A DNA stretch of 64,000 nt from an uncultured bacterium. GTDB taxonomy: Bacteria; Auribacterota; Erginobacteria; Erginobacterales; Erginobacteraceae. The notes below the pieces were generated by a model. That model did not search any database. It was not told the DNA's origin and was given only the letters and a program-made list of their open reading frames with translations. This document shows positions 26,088 through 35,149 of this stretch, one piece after another (position 1 is the stretch's first letter; each line of letters begins with the position of its first letter). The stretch spans positions 76,565 to 140,564 of the forward strand of contig CAZPMN010000003.1 in NCBI GenBank assembly GCA_964587835.1. Reading direction: 5' to 3'. The translations under genes and the position numbers were made by a program.

Positions 26088-26374
26088 AGCCCATCCGATT
26101 TCATCCGGACGCCGATACGGAGATGCTTGATGCCGCGGTATGGTACGAATCCCAACAACCAGCCCTCGGCAAGCGTTTCCTTGCCGCCGTCCAGGATACC
26201 CTGAATCGGATTGAGCTGAACCCCGAGCTCTACGCCCCCGTCGAGGGGGATGTCCGACGATGCCTGACCAGGACTTTTCCCTTCGGCGTTTTATTCCGGA
26301 TCAAACCAGATTTCATCGCAGTCATAGGCGTAATGCATCTGCATCGCGAGCCGGATTACTGGAAAAGTCGGTAA
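26084..26374 (+). CDS. RelE/ParE-family type II toxin
   Basis: ORF 25982..26374. Start at MKPIRFHPDADTEMLDAAVWYE. ~96 aa. ATGA overlap with the antitoxin. Confidence 0.7.
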   Translation: MKPIRFHPDADTEMLDAAVWYESQQPALGKRFLAAVQDTLNRIELNPELYAPVEGDVRRCLTRTFPFGVLFRIKPDFIAVIGVMHLHREPDYWKSR

Positions 26375-26416
26375 TTGTCGCGAAGCGGTGCCGGCTGTCG
26401 CCGCTCACCGCTGACT

Positions 26417-26632
26417 ATGATCCCACAGTATCTCCCGGTGCCCATCCCGAACCGTCCGGAACAGGGTGAGCCTATTGACGAGCCCCAGAAGAACCCGGAA
26501 CCGGCCATCGAGCTGATTCTGGAGGGGATCGCCGAACTCGGGATCTCCCCCCGCCGGAACGAGACCATCACGACCAAGCTCGAAGTCGATACCAATTTCA
26601 ACACCAGTCCACAAACGGCGCACGGATTATGA
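26417..26632 (+). CDS. small ORF (~71 aa, Pro-rich N-terminus), hypothetical; first gene of the overlapping NUDIX-PHP-kinase operon
   Basis: ORF track 26375..26632. Strong GC third-position bias. Stop overlaps the NUDIX ATG by 4 nt (ATGA), suggesting translational coupling. Confidence 0.4.
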   Translation: MIPQYLPVPIPNRPEQGEPIDEPQKNPEPAIELILEGIAELGISPRRNETITTKLEVDTNFNTSPQTAHGL

Positions 26633-27057
26633 AACGATTCAGCGGGATAATCGCCGAGGTTTACCTGGTCCCGGTCCGGGAGGGGCGCATCCTGCTCCTG
26701 CGGCGTTACCGGACCGGCTACGAAGACGGAAACTACGGCCTGGTCTCCGGGCACGTAGAGGCGGGGGAGACCTGCCGGGAAGCGATGATCCGGGAGGCGG
26801 AAGAGGAGGCGGGCCTGGAGATCCAGGCCCGGGAGCTGGAGCTGGTCCATCTTATGCACCGGCTCTCGGAGAAGAAGAGAAGGATCGCCTTCTTCTTCCG
26901 CCCCGGGGAATGGCGCAATGAACCCGAGAACCGGGAGCCGGACAAGTGCGACGATATGAGCTGGCACTCCCTCGACCGCCTCCCCTTGAACACCATCCCC
27001 TACATCAGGGAAGCCTTGCGGCAGATCGCCGGGGAAAGCCGGTACAGTGAGTTCTGA
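26629..27057 (+). CDS. NUDIX hydrolase
   Basis: Nudix box GHVEAGETCREAMIREAEEEAGL (GX5EX7REUXEEXGU). Confidence 0.8.
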   Translation: MKRFSGIIAEVYLVPVREGRILLLRRYRTGYEDGNYGLVSGHVEAGETCREAMIREAEEEAGLEIQARELELVHLMHRLSEKKRRIAFFFRPGEWRNEPENREPDKCDDMSWHSLDRLPLNTIPYIREALRQIAGESRYSEF

Positions 27058-28561
27058 GTCCAGCCCATTCGTCCACCTCCACAATCATTTCTCCGGCTCG
27101 ACCTCGGACAGCATCCTGAAACTGGACGAGGCGATCGGGGTGGCAAAAGACCGCCGACAGGTTGCCCTGGCGATCACCGACCACGGAAAATTATCCGCGA
27201 TCTGGCCGTTTTACTTCCACTGCCTCGAGCGGGGGATCACTCCCCTGCTGGGCTGCGAACTCTATTTTCTCCCGGAGTCCTCCCGGCCCTCCCCGGTCGC
27301 CCACCTGGTGGTCCTGGCCAGAGACCTGCCGGGGCTCTTCAACCTGGTCCGGCTCTCTTCCTGGAGCTGGGAGCGCAACTTCTCCCCCCCCGATTACGGA
27401 CTGGTGGACTGGAATATGCTGGAACGTTTCCGTGATGGACTGATCGTCCTCTCGGCCTGTATCAGCGGTCCGATCGGACTCGCCCTCCGGCGCCACCAGA
27501 CCGCCCGGGCACAAGAACACTTTGACCGGCTGGAGGAGATCTTCGGGGATGATTTCTACCCCGAGGTCTCCGGCCACAACCTCAAGGAGCAACCCCGACT
27601 CAACCGGTTCATCGCCGACCAGTGCCGGCGGCACCACAAGATCCCCGTGGTCACCAACGACTGCCACTATCTGGCCGCCGCGGATTGGCGCGCCCACGAC
27701 ATCTTCGTCAAGACCGCCGACAAGTATCCCTCGGACTTCGCCTATTCGGCCCGCTGCTTCTACCTGAAAGACGATCGTGAGATGGCCGGCCTGGGGTTCC
27801 CTCCCGCCTGGCTGAACAAGACCCGGGAGATAGCGGAGAAGACGACGGTTCACGTTGAACTTGACGGATACCTGAAACCCGGGTCCCCGGCCCCGGCCGA
27901 GAAGGCCGTCCGGCGCAGTCTGCCGGTAGTCCGCCCGCTTTGCCTCGGACCGGCGGCAGCGCTGCGGACCGCCGGGCGGGTCCTTAATTCGGAGAGCCGG
28001 AAACTCCATATCCTGGCCGGGCTGGCGGACGGCCGCGAGACGCTCGAAGAGTGCTCCCGAGGCAGCCGGGAATTTCGCGCCCTCATCGACACGGAACCCG
28101 AACTCTGGCGTGAAGCCCAAAAGCTGGAAGGCGTGGTGCGGGAGTTTATCCCTGATTTCCGCCGGTGGGTAGACCTGGACGCGAAGATGGCCCGTTTGAT
28201 ACCGATCCGGCTGATCAACGGCGAACCGGCCGCGGATATTGAGGAGGGGATGCTGGCGAAGCTGGGGGTTGAGGCCCGGGCCGCCGCCGCGGAGGAGGAG
28301 GCGGCCGGAGTCGATTTCACTGACGGCTACGCTTCCTGGTGGGATGACGACTACGACGATGTCATTGACAAGCTGGGCCGAATTGGTATAATTAGGCGGG
28401 ATGTGTACTTCCTTTTGGGAGACAGCTGTCTCCGCCGGGGCCGGCGGAAGCAGGCTGTCATCTTCCTGGAACTGTTTCTGCGTTCCGGGGATATATCTTT
28501 CCACCGTGGTTTCCCCCGGCTGGCCCGGGAGTACCTGGAACGCTTGCGGGATCAAGGATGA
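27047..28561 (+). CDS. stand-alone PHP-domain protein resembling the N-terminal ~330 aa of DNA polymerase III alpha (DnaE), with an unrelated ~170-aa C-terminus; no polymerase core
   Basis: FVHLHNHFSGSTSD...ALAITDHG...GCELYF, HFDRLEEIFGDDFYPEV, IPVVTNDCHYL...AHDIFV. Collinear with E. coli DnaE residues ~5-330 (compared by eye against the remembered DnaE sequence). Confidence 0.65.
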   Translation: MSSESSPFVHLHNHFSGSTSDSILKLDEAIGVAKDRRQVALAITDHGKLSAIWPFYFHCLERGITPLLGCELYFLPESSRPSPVAHLVVLARDLPGLFNLVRLSSWSWERNFSPPDYGLVDWNMLERFRDGLIVLSACISGPIGLALRRHQTARAQEHFDRLEEIFGDDFYPEVSGHNLKEQPRLNRFIADQCRRHHKIPVVTNDCHYLAAADWRAHDIFVKTADKYPSDFAYSARCFYLKDDREMAGLGFPPAWLNKTREIAEKTTVHVELDGYLKPGSPAPAEKAVRRSLPVVRPLCLGPAAALRTAGRVLNSESRKLHILAGLADGRETLEECSRGSREFRALIDTEPELWREAQKLEGVVREFIPDFRRWVDLDAKMARLIPIRLINGEPAADIEEGMLAKLGVEARAAAAEEEAAGVDFTDGYASWWDDDYDDVIDKLGRIGIIRRDVYFLLGDSCLRRGRRKQAVIFLELFLRSGDISFHRGFPRLAREYLERLRDQG

Positions 28562-29775
28562 GCGGCAAGTCTGACAGTCTGGATAGGTTGTCCCAGCGTT
28601 ACTGCCGGGAACTGCTGAAGATCAGCCTGGCGATAAACGCCGAGCTGGACCTGAAGGAACTGCTGGATATGATCGTCCACTCCGTGCGCGATCTGACCTC
28701 CTGCGACGATGCCAGCATAGTCCTCTGGTGTCCCCGCCAGGCCTGTTTCAAGATCGGGGCTTCCACCAATATCGGAGACACGGTCAGCCGGCGAGTCCGG
28801 CAATCCGGCGGGGCCAGCCGGTGGGTGGTGGATCACGGGAAACCGGTGGTCGTCAAGGACACCCGCCGGGATCCCTTCGTGGCCAACCCGATGATCCCCC
28901 AGGCGGGGATACTTTCCTACACCGGTGTCCCCATCAAGCAGGCCGACAAGGTAACGGGGGTGCTTTATGCCCTCTACCTGCGCGTTCACGCGGCCACCTC
29001 GGATGAACTGTGGGTAATGGAGCAGGCGGCAGCCAGCGCCGCCGCGGCCATCCATAACGCCAGCCTGGTCGATTCGTTGCGCAACCTGAATGCCTTCAAG
29101 AGCGCGATGACCCGGATGCTGGTCCATGACCTGCGCAATCCCCTGACCACCTTGATGGGGGGGGTGGAACTGATGCAGCTGGAACTGGAGGAGACCAGCC
29201 CGGAATTTCAAAAGTGGCTGTCGGTCATTGGGCAGCAGGCCGCCCGGATGGATGGGATGATTACCAGCATCCTCACCTACGATAAGATCAACTCCATCGA
29301 GGAGATCGAGCGCAAGCCTCTTGACCTCAACCTTCTTGTCCGCGAGGCCGCCGCCGACCTCAAGGAAGCGGCGGTGCAGAAATCCCAACGGCTGAAGCGG
29401 CAGGTATCCGCCCAGCCTCTCTGGACTTACGGCAACCGGGTGATGCTCCGCGAAGCGGTCGAAAACCTGCTGATGAACGCCATCAAGTACACTCCCGCCG
29501 GGGGAAGTATAACCGTGAGGACCCGGCGGACCGGCAAGTATTGCCTGCTGACGGTCAGCGACACGGGACCGGGGATCCATCCGAAAGACCAGAAGAAGCT
29601 ATTCCAGCCGTTTGTCCGGCTGGAACATCACAGCGGGGAAAGGGGCAGCGGTCTGGGCCTGTGCCTGGTGAAACTGATCATCGAGCGGCACGCCGGCGAG
29701 GTCGCCGTGGAGAGCACTCCCGGAGAAGGATCGACCTTCTCGATCCGCCTGCCCCTCTTCACTGAGGGAGATTGA
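28558..29775 (+). CDS. cytoplasmic GAF-domain sensor histidine kinase (GAF-HisKA-HATPase_c), no receiver partner in window
   Basis: H-box MLVHDLRNPLTTL, N-box ENLLMNAIKYT, G-boxes SDTGPGI / GSGLGL. No TM segment. Confidence 0.8.
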   Translation: MSGKSDSLDRLSQRYCRELLKISLAINAELDLKELLDMIVHSVRDLTSCDDASIVLWCPRQACFKIGASTNIGDTVSRRVRQSGGASRWVVDHGKPVVVKDTRRDPFVANPMIPQAGILSYTGVPIKQADKVTGVLYALYLRVHAATSDELWVMEQAAASAAAAIHNASLVDSLRNLNAFKSAMTRMLVHDLRNPLTTLMGGVELMQLELEETSPEFQKWLSVIGQQAARMDGMITSILTYDKINSIEEIERKPLDLNLLVREAAADLKEAAVQKSQRLKRQVSAQPLWTYGNRVMLREAVENLLMNAIKYTPAGGSITVRTRRTGKYCLLTVSDTGPGIHPKDQKKLFQPFVRLEHHSGERGSGLGLCLVKLIIERHAGEVAVESTPGEGSTFSIRLPLFTEGD

Positions 29776-29984
29776 CCGCGAGCCGCGGGGGATCAGGTGA
29801 CCCAAAGGCCTCCGCTTCCAGGACAGCCCCGCTTTTACGGCCGCTTCCGGGCAAAGTTTACCGAGGAAGCATTCTCCGCGGTCCGGCCGATAATGATCCC
29901 CAGGGTCCGTAAGGCGAAGATAATGGCCGGGTTTCGCTTCAAGGTCGGCTCCCATCTTCACGTTGGCGCTTACCGGCCGAACTC

Positions 29985-32900
29985 TTAACCGCGAGCGAGG
30001 TCGGCCAGTTCGGCATCGATCCGGACTACCCTGCCCTTTCGGATATCACGGGCGGCGCTGCCCCTGACCTCGCCGCCGGCGACGGCGACTTTCCGACCGT
30101 TGCCGTAGGTGAGCCGGTAGTTGACCACGCCTGTCCCCGACTGCCGGGAGACCGGACCCTGGCCCCCGCGGTGATAGACGACCAGGATCCGGCCGAGCAG
30201 GAGAAAGGCGAAAGAACCGGCCGGCAGCCTTAGTTTTTTCCGCCGGCCGGATCGATCCAGGTACCCGGTTTCACGCCCTGAACGGGTGAATAGCCATTCG
30301 GGAAGTGCGGGATCAAGACGGAAAGCGAGACGGGCGTCGCCTCCCAGGTAGAAGGGCCGGGGACCGGCGGTCATCAGGGTCCAGATGTGGATCATCTCCC
30401 CGGTGACCCCGCTCAGCCGGGGCTGGAGACCGCGGCCGTGCAGCGTCGGGTCCGGAAAGGCGGAGGAGACGATGAAGGAGACGTTCTCCAGGGGACTGCG
30501 GCCGTAAACCTCCGGGGAGAGGAAGGGAGGAAGCGCCGTCTTCAGGTCGGCGAAGAACTCCCGGTGGAGACCGGCGCGGAGCAGCTCGAGCAGGTACTTG
30601 AACTCCATATGGGTGTAGATCGATTCGTTCTCGATCCAGCCCGGGCCCCAGGCCTTGACCCTCCCGATCTCGAACGGCGCCTCCTCGAGGGACTCGCAGA
30701 CCTTGTACATCTTCAGCTTCCCGTCGAAGAGCCCGGAATCCCGGACCGCCCGGTAGATGGTTTCGCCTCCTTCCGGATGCACCCGGAGGTAGTGAACCGG
30801 CCCCTCGAGGAAGAGGGGGAGCGGTTCCTGACGGAAGGAGAGCGGCTCGACCAGGGGGAGTCCGTCGGGGTTGCGCAGGATTTGGCCATCGCTCCCCCGG
30901 CAGCGGCGAAAGCGGGTGACCCGGTTGACCAGGTAGGTGTAGGGAATTCCGGCCGGGTTGAAGACCCGGCGGCGATTCTCCGGACGGTAGATGAGTCGGA
31001 CCACCTTCAGCCCCGATTCGAGGAAGCAGGCCAGTTCATCCCGGGTCAGGGTCTTCTCCCCTCCCCCGATGCCATAGGCGGTGGCGGCGCGGTACTTCTC
31101 CTTCAGGGTGTTGCTCAGGTCCCAGTAGCGGCGGGGGCCGATCTTGCCGGCCCCCCGGCGGGCGGCCAGCCGGGTCAGGCTGGCGATAAAATCGGCCAGC
31201 TCGGAATAAACCCGGACCGGCCGCTCGAGGCCGGCGAGACAAGAAAGGAGGAATTCCAGGGCCCGCTCCAGCTCGAAGGTCTGGCAGAGCGAGGAGCCAT
31301 TGATCCCGGGCAATCCGTTCATCGAGTCGTTCCAGCCGGGCTTGTCGGCCTCCATCTCGATCCCGAACCCCTCCGGATCAAGGGTGGCCAAACGGTTAGC
31401 GACCAGGCAGAGCAGCTTGGTCAGGAGGCAGGTGTAGTAGACCTCCCCCCGGCCGCGCCGGGCCCGCATCCGGAGGGGGGAGCTTTCCCGGGCGGCGATC
31501 ATCGCCGATTTCTTCCCGTCGCGGACCACGGCGCCGTAGCGCCTCACACCCTCGTCGGTGAGAACGTACTTCTCCGAGCGGGGCACGACCAGGTCGGGGT
31601 TGTCGTAAAAATAATACCGCCGGTTCCCCACCAGCAGCTCCTCGGCCCGATCGGGGAAGACGGAAAGGAAGGCGTCAAGGAGGTCAAGGTTGTAGAGCCA
31701 GTGGTCGACCCAGTAGCCTTCGTGGACCCCGGCGGAGTCCTCCTCGACGCAGAAGCCGAGCAGCTTGTTCAGCAGCCGGCCGGGGTTATTCGACCCCCGG
31801 ATTTTCAGTTTTTCGGCCGCCATCGCGAACTCTCCCGGAGAGAAGGAGCCGGCGAGCAGCTCGCCCAGCCGGCGGGATTTCTCCTTCCCGGCGATAGTTT
31901 TCAGCCAGCGGCGGCAGCCCGCCCGGTTCTCGACCCGATAAACGACCTGGTTGACCTCCAGGGGGTTGTAACCGTCGGTCTGGATCAGGTTGAGGAAGAG
32001 CCGGATGTTCTCGTCCTCGGTCTCGGGGAAGAACCTCACGTCGCAGCGCCGGTTCTGGTTGACGGAGCGGTAGTGCCCGGTCCCCTGGGAGTAGTAGGTG
32101 GGGTCGAGGACGAAAAAATGGTAATCGCGCTCCAGGTCGCCGTTCTGGCGGGAGTAGAGGTAGAAGGCCGATTTCCCCTCGGCGGCGTTAAAGACGGTCG
32201 GCATCCCTCCCCGGATCACGTTGTCGAGAAAGGTCTGCCGGCAGTAGTTATCGAAGTCGGGCTCGCCGGAGGCGGTGAAGCACAGATCCTCGATCCCCCG
32301 GACCAACTCCGCGTTCTCCTTGCGCTTGGCGGCCAGGTAGCGGGGACCGAGACGCCGGATCAACCCCGGTATCTCTTCCTCGTCTTCCTGGCCGATCACG
32401 GAGTAAATCCGGAAGGTCTCTCCCGGTTTAAGGCGGAACGGCGCGGCAGCGAAGGCGCAGGGCGTTTTGTTCTGCCGGGCCTGGCTCTGCTGGAATACCT
32501 CGCCCGGGGCTAGCCGGGCCAGGCGCCAGGGCTGGTCGTAGATCTCGCTGTCGGCGAAGATTACCGCCGGATCGACGATGTAGGAGGTCCGGCGGGGGTC
32601 GGGCCGGTCGGAGGCAAAGGCGGCGTAGAAGTTGCCCCGGCGGATTTGCTCGATTTGCTCTACGTCGGCCGGGCTCTGCTTGAGCCGGAAGAGCGGCACC
32701 CCAAAGCAATCGAAGACCCCGATCATCCCCTCGATATGGCGGGCGGTGGTCTTAAGGATCTCCAGGTCGCAGCCGAAGGGAAGGATCCGGGCCGCCCCGT
32801 CGACCACCTCTCCCTCCAGGGTCCGCTGGGAGATATTGCGCAGGGAGAGGACCCGGACCAGGGCGGGAAAGCTCTCCCCGGGTAGGGTGTAGTAATCCAC

Positions 32901-33275
32901 CCCGGTCACCAGTCCCCTCCGGGGAGAGGACTCGCCCAGGGTCAGTTCGGCCGGGGACACCGTCAGAATCTGCCTGATCCCCCGCTCCCGGCTCTTCCGG
33001 AAAGGCTCGTATATTCGGCCCTTCCCGATCCGGATAAAGGTCCGGAACCCCTGATGACCCACCACCTGGAGGGCCCGGTTGAAGGAGAGGAATTCCAGGA
33101 TCTGGTTGTCCTTGTCCCCCACCCCCGCCGAGCAAAGGCACTGACCCCGGCTGACGTAGTAAGCCCAGAGGGGGATGCCGGTCTCCCCGGCGATCCCGGG
33201 GAGAAAGTTGGAAAAGGAAGGCTGCCAGTTGTAATCTTCGACGAGAAACAAACCTTCCGGGGTGGTCTGGTACAT
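29985..33275 (-). CDS. large (1096 aa) conserved hypothetical protein, possibly a six-hairpin (alpha/alpha)6 glycoside hydrolase/phosphorylase-like enzyme
   Basis: Uninterrupted ORF. Start chosen at MYQTTPEGLF, 7 nt after GGAGG. Blocks such as KPGWNDSMNGLPG and GYWVDHWLYNLDLL are reminiscent of GH15/65/94-type barrels, but assignment is tentative. Confidence 0.55.
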   Translation of the reverse strand: MYQTTPEGLFLVEDYNWQPSFSNFLPGIAGETGIPLWAYYVSRGQCLCSAGVGDKDNQILEFLSFNRALQVVGHQGFRTFIRIGKGRIYEPFRKSRERGIRQILTVSPAELTLGESSPRRGLVTGVDYYTLPGESFPALVRVLSLRNISQRTLEGEVVDGAARILPFGCDLEILKTTARHIEGMIGVFDCFGVPLFRLKQSPADVEQIEQIRRGNFYAAFASDRPDPRRTSYIVDPAVIFADSEIYDQPWRLARLAPGEVFQQSQARQNKTPCAFAAAPFRLKPGETFRIYSVIGQEDEEEIPGLIRRLGPRYLAAKRKENAELVRGIEDLCFTASGEPDFDNYCRQTFLDNVIRGGMPTVFNAAEGKSAFYLYSRQNGDLERDYHFFVLDPTYYSQGTGHYRSVNQNRRCDVRFFPETEDENIRLFLNLIQTDGYNPLEVNQVVYRVENRAGCRRWLKTIAGKEKSRRLGELLAGSFSPGEFAMAAEKLKIRGSNNPGRLLNKLLGFCVEEDSAGVHEGYWVDHWLYNLDLLDAFLSVFPDRAEELLVGNRRYYFYDNPDLVVPRSEKYVLTDEGVRRYGAVVRDGKKSAMIAARESSPLRMRARRGRGEVYYTCLLTKLLCLVANRLATLDPEGFGIEMEADKPGWNDSMNGLPGINGSSLCQTFELERALEFLLSCLAGLERPVRVYSELADFIASLTRLAARRGAGKIGPRRYWDLSNTLKEKYRAATAYGIGGGEKTLTRDELACFLESGLKVVRLIYRPENRRRVFNPAGIPYTYLVNRVTRFRRCRGSDGQILRNPDGLPLVEPLSFRQEPLPLFLEGPVHYLRVHPEGGETIYRAVRDSGLFDGKLKMYKVCESLEEAPFEIGRVKAWGPGWIENESIYTHMEFKYLLELLRAGLHREFFADLKTALPPFLSPEVYGRSPLENVSFIVSSAFPDPTLHGRGLQPRLSGVTGEMIHIWTLMTAGPRPFYLGGDARLAFRLDPALPEWLFTRSGRETGYLDRSGRRKKLRLPAGSFAFLLLGRILVVYHRGGQGPVSRQSGTGVVNYRLTYGNGRKVAVAGGEVRGSAARDIRKGRVVRIDAELADLARG

Positions 33276-33437
33276 CAGAGGACCTCCGTGAGCTCGATTT
33301 CCGGGAAGTTCCACCATAACAGCGCCGGACCCGGCCGGTCAAGGACAAGGACCGGCCGGGCCCGGGCAAACTTTATCTTGCCTCCCGAACCGGGCCGGAT
33401 TATCTTTTTCCGGAGCCAACCTCGCCCCGGAGACAGG

Positions 33438-35081
33438 ATGAAGATCGCCCTCGGACAGCTCAACCCCACGGTGGGGGATATCGCGGGAAACCTGGAGAAG
33501 CTGGAGAAGGTCCTGGCCAGGCTGGAAACCGGCGTCGAGCTGGCCGTCTTCCCGGAACTCTTCCTGACCGGTTACCCCCCCCGGGACCTGCTGGAGAAGG
33601 CCTGGTTCAACCGGCGGGTAGCCGAAGCCGTCGACCGGGTGGGCGAACTCTCCCGACGCCACCCCGGAACCGGGATTCTTCTCGGCGCCCCCCTCCCCTC
33701 CGGCCGGAAGATTGGCAAGGGTCTGCACAACTCCGCCCTCCTCTTCTGGCGGGGCGAGATCGTCCACCGGCAGGCCAAGACGCTCCTGCCCAGTTACGAC
33801 GTCTTTGACGAGACCCGCTACTTCGACCCCGCCGGCGACCAGATCCCGGCCGATTTCCGGGGGGAGAAGCTCGGGATCTCGATCTGCGAGGACGCCTGGA
33901 ACGACCCCGAGTTCTGGCCCCGACAGTACTATCGGGACAATCCCCTCCGGATCCTGGCGGATAAAGGATCAACCATCCTGATCAACATCGCCGCCTCCCC
34001 TTTCGCCGCCGGCAAGGATCGGTTGCGGTTCGACCTCCTGCGCGGCCAGGCCGACCGCTTCCGGCTTCCCCTGCTTTATGTCAACCAGGTCGGGGGAAAC
34101 GACGAACTGATCTTTGACGGGGGGAGTTTCCTCCTCGACCGGAAAGGTCGCCCGACGGCGGTGTTACAATATTTCCAGGAGGAGGTCCGGGTGGTCGATA
34201 CGGGGGCGGACGGGCAACCGGGACTCTTCGCCCCCCGGGAGAAGATCGAGACCATCCGCCGGGCCCTGGTTCTGGGGATTGCGGACTACGGCCGAAAATG
34301 CGGCTTCCCCTCGGCCCTGGTCGGCCTCTCCGGAGGGATCGACTCCGCGGTCACCGCCGCCCTGGCGGTCGAGGCCCTGGGTCGGGAAAACGTAACCGGG
34401 GTGACGATGCCCTCCCCCTTCACCGCCCAGAGATCAATCGACCTGGCTCGGGAACTGGCCGACAACCTGGGGATCGCCCTCCACAACATCCCGATCACCT
34501 CCATCTATGAAAGCTACCTGGCGGCCCTGGGGGAGGTCCTGCCCCGAGAAGAACAAGCGGCCGATCTGGCCCGGGAGAACATCCAGGCCCGGATCCGGGG
34601 CAACATCCTGATGACCTTCTCCAACCGCTACGGCTCCCTGGTCCTCTCCACCGGGAACAAGAGCGAGATGGCCACCGGCTACTGCACCCTCTACGGGGAT
34701 ATGTCGGGGGGGCTGGCCGTCCTCTCCGACCTCCCCAAGACCGGGGTTTACGAACTGGCCGAATTGATCAACCGGAAGCGGGAGATCATCCCCGCCGAGA
34801 CCATCTCCCGACCCCCCTCGGCGGAACTCAAGCCCGGCCAGACCGACCAGGACACCCTCCCCCCCTACCCCGTCCTCGACCGAATCCTGGCCTATTACAT
34901 CGAGGACAACCTCTCCGGGGAGGATATCATCGCCCGGGGGCTGGATCCGGCGGCGGTGGACTGGACGATTAAGGCGGTCAACCACAACGAATACAAGCGG
35001 CGGCAGGCCCCGCCCGGTTTGAAGTTGACCACCAAGGCCTTCGGCAGCGGGCGGCGGATGCCGATCTGCGCCCGGTACTGA
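33438..35081 (+). CDS. nadE: glutamine-dependent NAD+ synthetase (nitrilase domain + NAD synthase domain)
   Basis: MKIALGQLNPTVGD...VFPELFLTGYPP (CN-hydrolase). LSGGIDSAV (PP-loop SGGxDS) in the C-terminal domain. The ORF-track N-terminal extension is discarded. Confidence 0.9.
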   Translation: MKIALGQLNPTVGDIAGNLEKLEKVLARLETGVELAVFPELFLTGYPPRDLLEKAWFNRRVAEAVDRVGELSRRHPGTGILLGAPLPSGRKIGKGLHNSALLFWRGEIVHRQAKTLLPSYDVFDETRYFDPAGDQIPADFRGEKLGISICEDAWNDPEFWPRQYYRDNPLRILADKGSTILINIAASPFAAGKDRLRFDLLRGQADRFRLPLLYVNQVGGNDELIFDGGSFLLDRKGRPTAVLQYFQEEVRVVDTGADGQPGLFAPREKIETIRRALVLGIADYGRKCGFPSALVGLSGGIDSAVTAALAVEALGRENVTGVTMPSPFTAQRSIDLARELADNLGIALHNIPITSIYESYLAALGEVLPREEQAADLARENIQARIRGNILMTFSNRYGSLVLSTGNKSEMATGYCTLYGDMSGGLAVLSDLPKTGVYELAELINRKREIIPAETISRPPSAELKPGQTDQDTLPPYPVLDRILAYYIEDNLSGEDIIARGLDPAAVDWTIKAVNHNEYKRRQAPPGLKLTTKAFGSGRRMPICARY

Positions 35082-35149
35082 GCCGACCGGAGGGTTGAGG
35101 TCTCCTCTACCCTCGATGAACGCCCGGGGACGGCGAAAGGGATGATTCT

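Noticed and set aside
30387-32513. 708-aa plus-strand ORF inside the 1096-aa minus-strand gene
   Set aside because: Shadow ORF. Product is Pro/Gly/Ala-rich without motifs. The opposite strand has a good RBS and conserved blocks.
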